NCBI GenBank assembly: GCA_048772705.1
Contig: JBLWGC010000180.1
Coordinates: 62,001-126,000, forward strand
Origin: Leidyana gryllorum EB-2025a
Taxonomy: Eukaryota; Protista; Apicomplexa
Direction of reading: 5' to 3'
DNA: 64,000 bases
In this document: one piece after another, positions 47,212 to 60,495 of the stretch
Numbering within the stretch: position 1 is the first letter of the stretch
How the letters are laid out: every line of letters starts with the position of its first letter
Translations under genes and position numbers: made by a program
The notes under the pieces: generated by a model
Database searches by the model: none
Told to the model about the DNA's origin: nothing
The model's input: the letters and a program-made list of their open reading frames with translations, nothing else

Positions 47212-50200
47212 TCAAGTTGGAAGTGTCCAATGATGGAAAGTCGGTCCTTCAACCTTGTTGCTGCTGTGGCATTCTGAGCTCTTTAGCTCCTCCAAAAGCT
47301 CGCTGATAGATTTCTCCACCTCACTGAACGACCTCTTCACATCGTCAGTCATCATGCTTCCTTCCATTTTCCCACGGAAGCTGAGGAAGAGACCTGCAAC
47401 AGCAAATCTGTAGCGCGGATCGTGCAGTCCGAGCTTGCACATGTCCGCAAAGGCCAAGACGCATCGCGTCGCTCCATCTGCTGGCATCCTCGTACCAATC
47501 GAGTCCTGAAAGTCCTCCAAACTGTGTGGTTGAAGAAAGTGACACTCGCCGCTTCTCGGAGGCCGCTTACCTGCGGAGGAAGACGTTTGAGTCAGTTTCA
47601 GAGATTCGCCGGCAGCACGCGGTGCAGTACGCCGCCCAATTCTCTGATTGGGTCGCAGTATCGGTGTCAAGCCCAATAGGTCGCAGTCGGATCATAGAAC
47701 ATCTCAGCAAGTCTGCCACATCAGAGATAGACTCGATGTCTGCTTTCTCGACCAAGGCTGTGCAGACTCGCCAAACTTCTCCAGCGTCCAAGTCGCTACT
47801 CGGTGGTGTCGTGAGACGCCATAGAATACTGCTCCATTCGCGGAACTGTTCCATAGGCAATGAGGGGGAGAAGTGTTCGGAGACTTACCGACATCGCAGA
47901 CTCCCACTCGGATGTACGACAGAAACCCAGTAGCTTCCTCACCAATTCAGTGTCCATAGTGTCCGTTCCGCCATCAGCAACAATACCCTCAGCCATCCGT
48001 TTTGGGAATCCCTGGAGATCCAATTTGGTATGCAGGTAACGGACGAGACTCAACGCTCGCGGCACCGTTGCTAACAGCCGAATCAATGAGGGGTAGTCCA
48101 CCCTCGTGTGACTCAGTCTCTCCCCCACCAGAGGATAGAACAGATGGCTAGCATTGAGCAGATCCTCCCAATGATCATCAGTGCCACAGAGATAATCGTC
48201 CATAGCCGTCAACTAAGATGGATTCCAGCGCACTACCACCTTCATACTCACAATCATGTCGCCGATGGTATTACCAAAAGCATCTGTGGATTGGAGTGCA
48301 GCCCACGATTTGGTGGAGAGAAGGCTGTTGACCGAAGCTACAAACATGGGATGTGACGCGAGTTCAAAAAGGGTATATGTCTTTTTAACTTGTTTAATGC
48401 GAGTTCACGAGCTTGGAGTCTGGTTTCCTGCGAACAGAGAGAGGTTAGGAATAATTGTGTTAGACTTACTCGACTCTCCACTGCCAGCCACTGAGCATTA
48501 ATCTCGTACAACTCCACGGTATACAGTCTGTAGAGTGAGTCGCTCTGCAAGAGCAGTTGTGGCAGTATTCCGGTGTCGAATATTCTGGCAATCCCATTAG
48601 CTTCCTTCTTCGCTTCTGTGCGCTCTAAATCTGACATCGCGCTCTCCTCTTTGCAAATTGACATGCAGTCGTTATATCGAGAGATTTGTGTTCTGATAGA
48701 TCAATTGTGACCGAGCTATCCTGCAGGCACGGCTCACCTTATCAGGTGCAAGAAAGCTTCAGCAACATTTTCCCACAGCAGTTGTAGCAGCGGCCAATCT
48801 TCTTGGGTTCGAAAGTCGCGCAATGCCCGACTATCCCCATCGCTGGCGAACATGCTCCGCAGATTTCTCATCCGGTCTTGAACCGATCGTACATCGTCCT
48901 CACTGGGTGTTGGACTGACCCGTTGAAGATTATACTGGATCTTCCCAGCCACGTCTCCCGTGTGACGTAGCACTTGCCCGAGCATACGAGTTAGGATGAA
49001 CAGAGACTCTCTCTCTTGACGAGTCAGTCCAGGAAGGGTTGGGAGATTAGTCATAAACCCACGCAACTGGAGATCCTTCCGCTTCTCGACACTGGCGTTG
49101 AATCCCCGTGCAAACTCGAAAGACTCATCCAATGCCACGACAAATTCCATCCATGCCCCGCACGGCATATTGAGCAGATGGTCTTCTAAACAAGCGTCGA
49201 CCTGCGGTTTCAAAGATTGAACACCTCCCGGCGGTTCGCAGAACTTCTTCTTATAGGCTGCAGATGTTGCTTCCAATAAATACAATTGCACAATTGCTTT
49301 CGACACGACTTCGTTTTCGACCACAGCTGTCTCGCTTAGAGCGCCGTCGACCTCAGTCAAAGAGAGAAGATCGACCGGGCGGGATGTTGTCCACATATGC
49401 TACACAGAAGGTAAAGTCAACATGTCTCTCGCGGCGACCTTACCATGATCAGATCTTTCAATATGATCCATTGAGACGCACTCATCTTCTCACCCAGATG
49501 CTCCAGCATGTACGACATCATGGACTGTCCGAGGTGGGATAACTTCTCGCTCGACGATGTGAAGTAATACCCCAACACATAGAGATACCCACAAAGCAAC
49601 TCGTTACTGGTGGCTATAGAATTGCGATCCACGAATTACTCTCAAAATAGGGTCGCTTACCAACACCTGTGACGTTCACGAACAGCTGCGTCAGTGATCT
49701 GAAGACCAGTGATGCGGTAGTGGAGGCCCACTCGCAGGGCGGCGCCTTCTGACCATCGCGTTCTGCCATTATCACTTCGGTGGTCCTCACGGCACCTGGC
49801 TTCTCGGACAAGTTTTCCAAGTCGATCTCCAACTCTGCCTGCGTGAGCAGATGGCCGAGAGGGACCACAGGAGTAGCTTCCTGATCCAGAAACTTCGCTA
49901 GGAGGAGGCATAATGGAACGAGGATTTGCTCAAAGACCATTTTCCAGTTCCGTCGTCTCAAAAGGGTGGGACCACAAGTGGTCAATAGGGCGAAGAGTAT
50001 ATCGACACACTGATATCTCAATTGATAACTCAACGAAGGGGCGCAGATGGTTTGAGAGAAACTTCGTATGAGCGGCCAGACGAAGAGATTGAGGTAAGCC
50101 TCCCTCTCCGGCAGTTGATGTAACGCTTCTCGTTTGCTCAGTATACCACTTTGCGATCTCAAGATCTCGTTTACCTTCCAATACACTTTTTGTGATGGAT

Positions 50201-53200
50201 GATCCTGACCGGAGATCCGAGCTTGAGACACATCCTCTAAGCTGCATAAGCCACATGGGTACCCCAACTCCTTCAGGGGCTTCACACTGGGTGATGCAGC
50301 TTCCATGGCTGTTACCGCACGGCTCATAGTCATGATGGCAGGAGTCGTGGTGGGCTGAGGTGCAGTAGGGACTTGAGGGGAGACCTGGGTGAGTGCACGG
50401 GCTCGGATGGGGGGGCTCCCCTCCGGGTCTGTCTGGACAGCCCCGAGAGTGTCTCCAGCGACTAAACAGCCCAGTGCATCAAGAATGGTCAATGCCGCAC
50501 TTGGAAGACTCTCCACGGTGAGTTCATGAGAGAAGACACCGGTGTCGTCGCTCATTAACCCATGATCTTTGACCGCCTTATCATTGGTCACCCGGGCAAA
50601 AGGTACGACCAAGAGAACATAGCGATTGAGACAATAAACCAAGTTGGCGAAAGTCATTAACAAAGCTGGACTGAACAGATCCAAGGCGATTTCAAGACAC
50701 TGAAAGGGCAGCGAGCATACTTCGGGCATTTACTCTGCTGAGCTCACCCGGAAACTGATCATCATTCGCTCTTGGGTAATTGTACTTGTCTCCAACAGAT
50801 CATATTCCTTGACATCAGAGCCCGTGGGGATCTTTGCACTCAGAGTGTTGAGGATGGGCAGCCAGCCTTCCACCAAAAGATGACCCCTGGTTTTGACAAC
50901 GTTGGAGCAGATTCGAACTATGAACTCTCGTGTAGGTTCTGGCGCTCGGTCGAATACGGTCTGCCCGATATCGGAGGAAGCGTACACAGGACGGTCGACT
51001 CACCGGCAAGCTATTGAAGAAGAGCTCTTGACCCAATGACCGGTGCGTGTCGAGAACTGCCATACAAATCTGTTTCAATACATCACAAGCGTAGAGGGCG
51101 ACACTTGGGTCCGGATGCAATGCGACTGAGATCAGATGTGGCAATATCATCTCTTTCATGAGCTGGGTGGTCTCCTTCACAGGTCGTGTCGACATGAGCA
51201 GATCCGTGAGGTCCAAGAGGGGTCGCAGGGATCCCACACGAATGGATTTGTCATGATGAGTGAACTCGACCTCCAGATTGGAGGGCACACGCACTTTCGG
51301 CGCCCGGGGCACCCAGCACCCCAAACCATACTGATTACTCCACGCCGCTCGTAGTTCCGCTCTGCTAGACAATGGCAATGTGTACGATTGAGCTTACACG
51401 CAAATCTGAATGTATGAGTGAACAAAAGTGTGAGTTGATGGGTAACTCAAGTGAGGAATCACTGCCAACACTGCCTCAGTTTCGAGAACGTTCATGTGAG
51501 AGGCGAAACTTTCAGCCGCTTTCAACTCTTCGACCCAATAGCGTGACAAGTCCGCTTGAGAGGGCCGCGGTTTTTCCACACTCCCCACTCGCCACACCGA
51601 AGTTAAAGACTTAGTGTCATGCCCAGGTATACTTTCGAAAGTAGCAGCATCTTGTTCCATCGATTTGGATGCGTGAGTGGACTGTACATTCCTACTCATA
51701 CTACTCGACTTCCGATATCCGTTGGGTGTGGCAGTACCACTTTCAGAACGAATTGTATCTCCGGTGACATTTCGCAGCGACAATTGCGAATTCCGCCACC
51801 ATAAAAGCACCCGATTTACTGCAATCAGGTATTCGTGCTAGGACATTAGTGGTCTTACCAAAAGTCAGATTCTCCCAAGAAGGCGGCAGAAGGCCATTGA
51901 AAGCAGCCAGAGGAACCGTTGGTCCGCTCGTGACCTGTCCCTGGGCATTCGCCAGACTGGCTCGTATCAGGTTGGCTTTATTGAATATCGCACTGAGGCG
52001 CTCGACTTCAGAGAGACAGATCAATATGACAGGCCACGCCTCGCCCACGGCATCGGACTTCTGGACAGCGAAATCCAGTAGTCTCTGATGAAGGGAGCCT
52101 ACAACTCCAAAATTCAATGACTCACCTTGACAGCTTCCGCATGTCTCATACCCAATGGGCCTTTGCGCCTCATTAGACCCGTGAGGATGCCAAGTGTTCC
52201 AATGGCTTCATATAGCTCAGGTCCCAAGTTCAAGGAAGAACAGAGGAAACCCAATGTACACAATCCGCTCAGAGCGTTCCCCAAGGCTGGACTCAACAAA
52301 GTGGCCTCGACCGGAGATTGGTCGACATACGCGCTCAATCCGACCCTGAGCGGTCGGCTCAGAGACTTGACAAAATACGGTAACAGAGCCATTTTGTGAG
52401 ACACAGGAGCTTCCTTCCACCCGTCTTTCTCCGGGGGCGGTGGGTTCCGTGCCTTGCCCGAACCAGAAAACAAAGTATCATATCGCAGCATTATCCACTT
52501 GCATTCGAGAGCGTGAGCGGTGGCTCTCCGTTGCTTGGAAGAGTTGACGCCAACACTTCCTCCTAAGCTCAAAGCTTCCCGCGCGGCAACATCACTCGCC
52601 AATCCACTCCATTCTTCCACTAAAGGAACATAAGCAGCGCGCAATGGGGGAGGGCTCACGAGTGATGTCGAAAGTTGCGTTTTCTGTGCACCATTCCTCT
52701 GCTACAATACGGTCATATAAATTCTCCAAGAATTCTTGAGTCAGTCGACTCCCGCCGTCGATTGAGCTGGTATTTCGGACGAATTGTTCCTTCGTCATCT
52801 TATTCTCGGGCTTGATCTCGCGGCTGTGTGCATCAGTATGGAGCATCATGAGAGAGAAGACAATGACGAAGGCCAGATCTGCTGGAGACATCTGCTCCTT
52901 CTCAGCTGCATACGTTGAGACAGCATTCCCTTCACTCAGTTGCGGTTCAGTGTGGCCCTGCTGGTCGGCTACAGTCTCGCCGCTTTTATTGAGGGGTCCC
53001 GGGGGAGCACTCGTGACCGGCGCGGTTGCCTCAGGGATCACTTCTGATACACTTTCACGGCCGAAAACGGGGTGTTTCGGGTTGTCCCGGATGTACGCGT
53101 GAGCGAAGGCTTCCAAGACTCGGTCGATTTTTTGTGCCTCCCCTGGCAGTCGAAAGACTTGTAGAAACTTGCGAAGGGCAATGTCAATCTCGAGATTCTG

Positions 53201-55529
53201 CTCCAACAGACCACTTCAAGTCGGAACGGCTACGAAAGAGAACTCACACTCAGATCTTGCACTTCGAGAATTTCATTGAGCACAGCTTTGGGCAACTCAG
53301 TGGGTCCGCCCAGCCAATTTCCAATGCCATTCTTGTCATGAGGAGCTTCGGCAGTGAGGATGAAAGCGGCAACTGATTTGGAGTCTTTCTGCAGATCACA
53401 TTCTTAAGCAACACATGGAGGATCGGACTGTACCTGAAGCAGCTTTTTGCTCCAAAGGTCTTCAAATGCCTGTTCAGGACTTTCCCCCATTTGTACCATG
53501 ATACGGCTCAGCGCCAGCCGACATAACAATCGGCGTTCCAAAGCAGCTTCCATTCCAAGGTTACTGGATTGGTTAGGATTGCTGTCGACGAGCAAACCTG
53601 TAGAGTCTTCGCGTTGAATATTCGAGCTCTGGCTCGAGGTCTCAGTCAAAATTCGTCCAATCTCGATGTCATCATCCGTTATGTAAGTCTTTAATCCTTG
53701 CGTCGTCCAAGAGGGAGTATCGAGCTGGAGAACACGAGTATTCCGAGAGCTTTCCTCCGAGCTTCGAGGGAAGGCCACATCTCGACACCACTCCCAGATG
53801 CCTTGACAAAGAGAGTAGAGGACCTGAACCATCTCGTCTTTTAACTTGGCAGTTGACGGCTGTTGCTGCATTGGAATGAGCTTGGCCAGGGTGGCCGCGA
53901 GGTGCCGTAGTACAGCGGCCCGGTGGTAGCTCAGGTCATAATGCAGAAAGATTCTCATCGAGAGCTGTGGGTCACCGCATAATTTGACCAGACCTAAGAG
54001 CAGTCGAGACTTGAGCTCTTGGGAGGTATGTGGACTGATGATCAGGCGGACCGAGAGTATATCCAAGGTGAAGGCTACCTCTGCGGTCGCATTTTTCTGT
54101 GTGGAGTGAAGGGGAGCTCCTAAGCATTGCTTACCCACCCGGAATTCACAAAGTAGTTGAAGCAGAAGGTGTGTTGCTACCAATGCAATCCTGTGGCCAC
54201 GTCAGAGATCACCGTACGCCCACTTACGGTTCCAAAGATGAGATAACTAGGCGTATCAAAGCTCTGAAGAGATGTTCTTTGAGGTGGTCAACGAATGAAC
54301 TTGTCGCTTTGAGCAAAACTCCCTCTTTCGTCAACAACTTGGAAAGCAATTCTGCAGAAGCTTTCACTGCTTTCAAGTTGTCGTCACTGGTTAAAGGTCG
54401 ATTCATGTTTGCGGTGAAGAAGCGGACGGCTTGCATAGCATCTTGAATAGCCTCGATGAACGCTGAAGATGATCCCAGCGCCAGCGAGAGATTTCTAGTG
54501 TTGATGGAAGGTATACTAGGTGAGTTTGGGGATTGCTCGGAATTAGCTGTAGGGCTCGCCAAACTCAGCATATGACTGATTTGGGCCAGTTCAATTGGTT
54601 ATACACCCTCGTTGGACTCACCTCTCTCGTTCTGGAGTGGTTGCATTTTCTTGAACGTGCATCAAAGCTGTCTTGTATGCATGATGGAGGTTGTGCAGTA
54701 GGGCACCGATGATGGCGTTGAGAGCATCCTGAGATTTTCTACTGACGTTGGGTGTACGACTCTCCGCTGATTGTTTGCTGATGAATTGTATGACGGTTGT
54801 GAGGGTACTTCCATGACAGCAGTTTCCCTGTGGGTTAGCCACAAATTGGCGGAGTGTTTTGATCAACTCTGCTTGTACAGTGGCATCATCAGAGACTCCG
54901 ACTTTCTCCATCAGATCGCGCACGACCACATCGGCGAGAACGCCAAAGTGAGCGTTTGGGCTGGCCTGCCCTTCGCTCATAGCCGAAGAGTTCAATCGTA
55001 TACGAATACTGAAGAAGTTTGCAGAAGCCAGTTGCTGCAAGCCTTCCAGAGTCGCCAGTAACACCCGTTGCGACAGCAAACTCATCGCCTTTTCAAAGGG
55101 TGAGTATAGATCTCCCGCCAGTGACTCGCATTGATCTCGCAGGGCCTCCTCCAACCGGTCCTCAACCTCGGCTGGTGGTGGTGCGGCTGCTGGTCCAGCA
55201 GGATGTAGTAGTGTCGAACCGAACTTTGTAGACTTACCCGACGGCTTACGAGACTTGAGCGGCTCCATCGAATTGCTATGTTGCCGTCGGAAGTGACTCC
55301 TCAACTCTGCGCGCAGATTCGCCAGTCGCGTAAGGCATTCTATGCATTCTTGTTTCAGCTCTTTGTGACGAGTCTTGCTGAGACTGCTGCTCAGATTGGA
55401 CAGTGACTGATCAGCGGCCTCCCAAAGGGTTTGCGAGAAGGATATATTGACATTATCCTGTGGCACCTCCGATATACTCTCCACAGGGGCAGTGTTCACA
55501 GACCCACGGAAAAACCTGCGCACGGGCAT
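47212..55529 (-). CDS. Large Sec7-domain ARF guanine nucleotide exchange factor (BIG/GBF type; many introns; 3' end may extend to ~46999)
   Basis: Sec7 motifs [25 protein letters not shown] and [18 protein letters not shown]; N-terminal DCB-like helices and C-terminal HDS-like segments ([14 protein letters not shown]). Confidence 0.88.
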
Positions 55530-55707
55530 TCCTAAAGGCCATGTCGTATAATAAAATATGGTCTCTGGGGATACAACTGTTCCAACTAACTGTGTTATGC
55601 GACTAGTTACTACCTAATTGTGGAAAGAAGTGTACCAAGCGGCTAAATACTGCACAGGGTGTGCGCTACAACGGCCACCATTTTGTGAAGCTAGGCGAAA
55701 ATTTGAG

Positions 55708-56237
55708 ATGGCAGGCCCCTGTGAATTGGAAACACGCGCCAAGTACTATGTGCTGAAGCAGGGAGGGGCTCCGCCTCCGCGAACCGAGGTTCCAGCGCCC
55801 GCTGCGAAGCCTGTCGCTAAGAAGCCAAAGGCTGTAAGTTCGGCATTCGGGAAGATGTTCAAATTGGTGCGCAGCCGGTTATTGCCAAGAGCAGCGTTAC
55901 TTTGAAAGTGTGGCCTGAAGACCCCGAGAAGCCTATCACGGATATCTACGAGTCTAAGGTGAAGACTATCGATATCAAAGGCCTGGTTTGGGGCAAGCCA
56001 TTTTCGGTGGTGAATGGACCCTACGGTCTGAAAGGACTCCAATTCGGCTGTGTCATTGAGGACGAGCTCGTCAAGTTGGATGACATAGAAGAGGCTATCG
56101 AAACCATTGATTTGTCACCAGAGCACGTGACCAAGTATCTCGAGATGCGAAGAAATGGCACTCTCGATGAGGTTGAGGAGGAGTGGCCTAACAAGATTGT
56201 TGGCAGTGTTGAAATTGTGTCATTCCAAAAGATTTGA
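55708..56237 (+). CDS. Translation elongation factor 1-beta/delta (short apicomplexan type), one 41-nt intron
   Basis: The spliced product reads KYYVL..KKPKAPVIAKSSVTLKVWP..IKGLVWG..YGLKGLQFGCVIEDELV..VGSVEIVSFQKI. Confidence 0.9.
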
Positions 56238-56325
56238 TTCCGCGGACCACCTTTCCTAGTAAAACTGCATTTCGCAATATCGCAGTAGTCTGATCATGAA
56301 GCCTTAAGGGCTAAGCTAGCAATCA

Positions 56326-57487
56326 TCATCGGCGGGTTGAGCCGCTGAGCGTCGCCGCTCGTCTAGCTTGGCGGCAGGGAGACACAGATAGTACTTCTTT
56401 GTATGCAAACGATTTGAGGCGACTTCCGAAGTTCAGGGGTCGTTCACAGCGACCCCCGTCCTTCGTCGGATCGTCGCAATACGAAGAAGTAGTGGTATAC
56501 TCCCGTACGGACATTGATCCCCGAGCGGGCACAGAAGACTCTCCATCACTTTCGCCGGCCTTGTAGTCCTCTGTTAACAAAACCTCCATGGAGTCCTTGC
56601 GGGGCACCAAGAAGAACGCAGAAATGCCCAGCACGGTCTTCCATTCCTCTCGCAGACGTGCCCAATTGTGTATTAAATAAAACTGGTGGGTGATGCACAA
56701 TGATCGTACGCCTTACCAACTTGTGTGTGGTGACAATTGTAGTTAGGCCAGCTAAGAAGATTACGAAAGAGTATACATTACGGAAATCCAAGCCCGGGTA
56801 TATGGGCTCTCCCGAAGCTAAAACAGTAGAGACGTGCAGCACCCTGGCGGTATACGTCATTGGGATAACGGTCACAGCTTACGTATAAAAGGACGCGAAA
56901 CCATAGACGAACTTCAGGTTCCGAAGTTGGAAACCTGCAAATCTATAGAGGTAGTCGAACACCATCAGGACCAAACCCATGCCGTGCATATTGATTTCCC
57001 ACGTAATCCGGCGCCACGGCTCTGCAGGATAGACACAAAACCAGAAGAAGAGGCTCACGACCACTTGCGTGGCGAAGCTTAGTTCAGATAGAGCTTGTGC
57101 GATCGTGGTCGCAACTTCGCTGACTGGCTGCTTCTGCCAGCGAGCCAAAGAATCTAGATAGAGAGTATAAAGGAAGTACACATGGACCATCGACCATCCC
57201 CAAGCCGTTAAATACTTGAAGTAGGTGTACCAAGGATCACAAGTGATGAAGAGAAGGTATGCAATGACTAACATGTATATGTTAACTAGAACTTTAGCCG
57301 TCAGCGACTTCCAATGATGGTTCACCATATACACTCGCACTAGCCGCCTATGTCTGGCGATCAGACGGGGTGGAACAGGATCATGCTGTACGGGAACGTC
57401 ATGATCATAAGACAGCACCGAGCTGCTCCGTCGTCCTCGGTATCTCTCGCGCCCACGTGATGTCGGAGCAGAGTTGGATAAGGTCAT
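56326..57487 (-). CDS. Multi-pass membrane protein, FAR-17a/AIG1/ADTRP-like
   Basis: About 6 TM segments with FKYLTAW, NMHG and PIYPGL motifs; 2 canonical introns. Confidence 0.6.
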
Positions 57488-57497
57488 AATTTTAGAT

Positions 57498-59381
57498 CTA
57501 CCACTCAAGTTCTTCGTCGGCAGCACAGAGGCCTCCACCACGAGTGGCACCTTGGCCCTCCTCGGCCATCTTCCGCAATGCCTCAAACGCGATCAAAGAA
57601 TTATGGTTGTCAGACCTACCAAACTTCTTTGCTACAATACCACTGCTACTACCTACCATTCAACTCGCAAGGCGTAGTTATTCGCCAAGTCCATTTTGAT
57701 GGCATGCACATCCAAAGGCACCAGCCTAGGTGATTGGGAATCAAGAATTTCTCAATGGCTCACCTCGCGTTGAGCTTCGGGACCCCACTGAACTCGTCCA
57801 CACATTCTGCGCACTTGCAGGCCAACCGCGCTTTGCGCCCTTCCACCATCGTCACATCATTGTTAGGCCACACCAGTTGAATCATTCCATCGGGAGTTGT
57901 GGAGACATCCGGAGTACTGAGAGAGAGAGCTTAGCAGTAAGGAGATTTGGCGACTCACCGGTCGCCTCCGAATGCAATCGAACTGAGCTCTCTTGCCACA
58001 CCTTCCGTCATTTCGCGGAAACTTCGCCACAAGTCTAATTTCTCATCGAAGACGAGAGAGAAGGGAAAGCGAGTGGTGTTCGAGGAATCTATGAAACGGA
58101 CCGCTGACAGATATGGCGAGAGAGGTAGTCGGAAGTGGTATCCAACACCATAGAGCTCCAGCAAGCGACCCAACGGTTTCTGCTGCATATTGCTGGCATC
58201 TCCGCCTTCGAGAGGAACAAGTATACCCGCTGTTCCACTCCTACCCAGCAAAGTGTTGGTCTGTTTGGAAGTTTTATGGCATCCGCACTGGTCGGTGGCC
58301 TCGGAAGGGGCCGTCGTCGGCGAAGATTCTGGCACATCGAAAGGCAGCGCCATGCTGGATCGGAAGAGTTCCGTTTCTTTGCCACACTCCGGGCACATCA
58401 TGTATGCCATGTTTTCAACAATAGCCAGAGTTGGAATGTTGAGTTTATTGAAGAAGTTGATCCCTTTCTCCACGTCAATTAGGCTCAGTCTCTGGGGAGT
58501 CGTCACCACGATGGCTCCAGTGACCTTGATTGACTGACTGATTGTCAGGTGGATGTCTCCTGTGCCGGGGGGCAGATCCAGCAGAAGGTAGTCCAGGTCC
58601 CCCCATGCGGTTTGGGTGACCATCTGATAAACAAGCCCAGAGGCGAGTGGGCCGCGCACCGCTGCGTATGCCTCAGCTCCTGGACGGAAGTAGCTGTAGC
58701 TCATTAATTTAACGCCTTGGTGTTCACACGGCACCAGAGACCCTTCCCCTTTCGACAAACTTTCCTTGATCGAATCGGTGGATTCTGGTGGACGGAAGTA
58801 AACCTGTGGCTCCTCGATGGGGATGAGAGAGTGCATAGACGGGCCGTACACGTCACAATCACATATTCCGACTTTAGCACCCATGCGGCTCAACATGAAA
58901 CCGAGGTTGACCGCTATTGAGCTCTTCCCTACACCTCCTTTGCAACTCGACACAGCGAGAATGAAAGACACTTTGCTCAAGTTCTTCGCTGCATCGCCCG
59001 GAAACTGGAGACACCTCAATAGTGTTGTATTAAACTCAAGATTACCTGCTTTGACTGAGAGGCTTGAGCAGAAAGTGTGATATCAACTTTCTGCACCCAG
59101 TCCAATTCCTTCAAGAGTGCTGTACATTGATTCACAAACTCCTCCTTCATAGGGCAGGCAGGAGTTGTCAACTCCAGGGTGAACTCAACATGACCCTTAT
59201 CATAGTCAAACTTGAGTGCTTTGATGAAGTTGCAGCTAACTATGTCCTTGTGCAAATCTGGATCAATTACTCGCCTCAATTGCATGAGGATTTGCTCCCT
59301 GAGCACCATGGGATCCTTATAGAGGGGCACAGCTGGCCCTGCTTCCTCGAAGACGCCATCTGCACCATGGGGCCCCAGCAT
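57498..59381 (-). CDS. HCF101: HCF101-type Mrp/NBP35 Fe-S cluster carrier ATPase (DUF59 + P-loop + DUF971)
   Basis: VIDPDL..LELTTPACP; VSSCKGGVGKS; DLPPGTGD; the spliced C-terminal domain RLACKCAECVDEFSG..NYALRVEWSDNH ends in ADEELEW*. The start could instead be 59309. Confidence 0.9.
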
Positions 59382-59397
59382 TTCCCGCTTTTTTTGG
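59381..59397. promoter_or_regulatory. Minimal head-to-head spacer with an E2F-consensus site TTTCCCGC followed by T7GG
   Basis: TTTCCCGCTTTTTTTGG lies between the HCF101 and PRCC-like start codons. Confidence 0.4.
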
Positions 59398-60188
59398 ATG
59401 TCTAAGTTGTTCGCCACACTCCAACCGGAAGAAGATATTGAGGAAGACGAGTATCAGCCACCCCCTATAAACGCAGCAGAGCTCCTCAAACGTCGACTGA
59501 GAGATGAGGAGTCAGAGGACGACTTTAGTTTGTCAGAGCATCACGTGAATCAGACAACCACCAACAGCTGGCTGCCACCCCCACAGAAAAAGATGAGGAG
59601 GCTGGAGGGATCGGAGCAGCTACGAGAGGGAGTGACCGTTAGCAAGGCTTCTCCCGCCGTCCCAGACTCAGCCCCAGATGAACAGCAAAATATATCATCT
59701 CCACCCGACTCTGATGAGGAAAGGTCGGATGAGTCGAGAAAAGGAGACAACACCGCTCTTGTTGAGGGTTACTCAGACGATGACAGTGAGTCTGAGAAGA
59801 CGCCTGGGGATCAAGAGAAAGAAGCACTATCCCACTCTGTGAGAAGACAACTGGGTCTCAAAGGTGCGGAGGAAATACAGTTGACCACGCTCTCTGCTGC
59901 CTCTCTGCGCGATTCCGACTGGTGAGAGATTTCAAGTGTATTTCGGTCATTGTCATGCCATAGGCAACATTCATCCGAGAGTTGGTCTGCCACCCAGACA
60001 GCCGTAGATTCAGGCCGACTGCAGAAGCAGAAACACCAGGTAAATGCGGATTTGGTCTCTCAAGTAAGATAACCTCTCAGATAACGTGGTTGGCCGGAAA
60101 AGTGATTGAGGATGAGAAAGAGATCGAAGCTAAGGCAGCCAGAATGCGTGACGCTAAAAGACAAACTCGTCGTCGTTATGGCTGGTAG
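59398..60188 (+). CDS. PRCC-like protein (PRCC C-terminal domain)
   Basis: Acidic/Pro-rich body; C-terminus QITWLAGKVIEDEKEIEAKAARMRDAKRQTRRRYGW resembles the PRCC family end. Confidence 0.75.
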
Positions 60189-60210
60189 ACACGACCGAGA
60201 AGTGAGCATC

Positions 60211-60495
60211 TCACTCCCATCTCATAGGCTCGTGCGTGGGAGCCGACGAACAACCGGGGTTCGTTGAGTCCGCCTCGCCGCAGCAGTCCCTAGAATGGAG
60301 TTAAGCAGCAGACTTGGCTCGCCAGACTGACCAGTAGCGTCCGTCGAATCCTCGACAGGCTGGCACTTCCTCAGTAGCTGCATAGTATTTCTCACCCTCA
60401 GGATGGTAGCGCCAAACGTATGGCTGAGGGTGATATATGCAGGGCCCCTCCCTCTCGCATGGGAGTTGAGCTGCACAACGCCTGCAGAATGTCAT
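60211..60495 (-). CDS. Small spliced CHORD/Btk-like zinc-binding protein (80 aa)
   Basis: Exons 60495-60332 and 60289-60211 around a 42-nt GTCAGT..CTTAAC..TAG intron give MTFCRRC..CIYHP..YWDCCGEADSTNPGCSSAPTHEPMRWE. Confidence 0.75.

Noticed and set aside
26384-50730. Abutting in-frame ORFs separated by a single stop (26383/26384, 30601/30602, 50729/50730), suggesting readthrough or a variant genetic code
   Set aside because: Each stop lies within a canonical 42-48-nt GT-AG intron whose removal restores the frame.
57919-57930. (GA)n microsatellite
   Set aside because: It is the polypyrimidine tract of an HCF101 intron on the minus strand.
571-60188. Apparent clustering of splicing genes (U2AF35, PRP16, PRCC-like)
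   Set aside because: They are tens of kb apart among unrelated genes, which is expected by chance in a compact genome.
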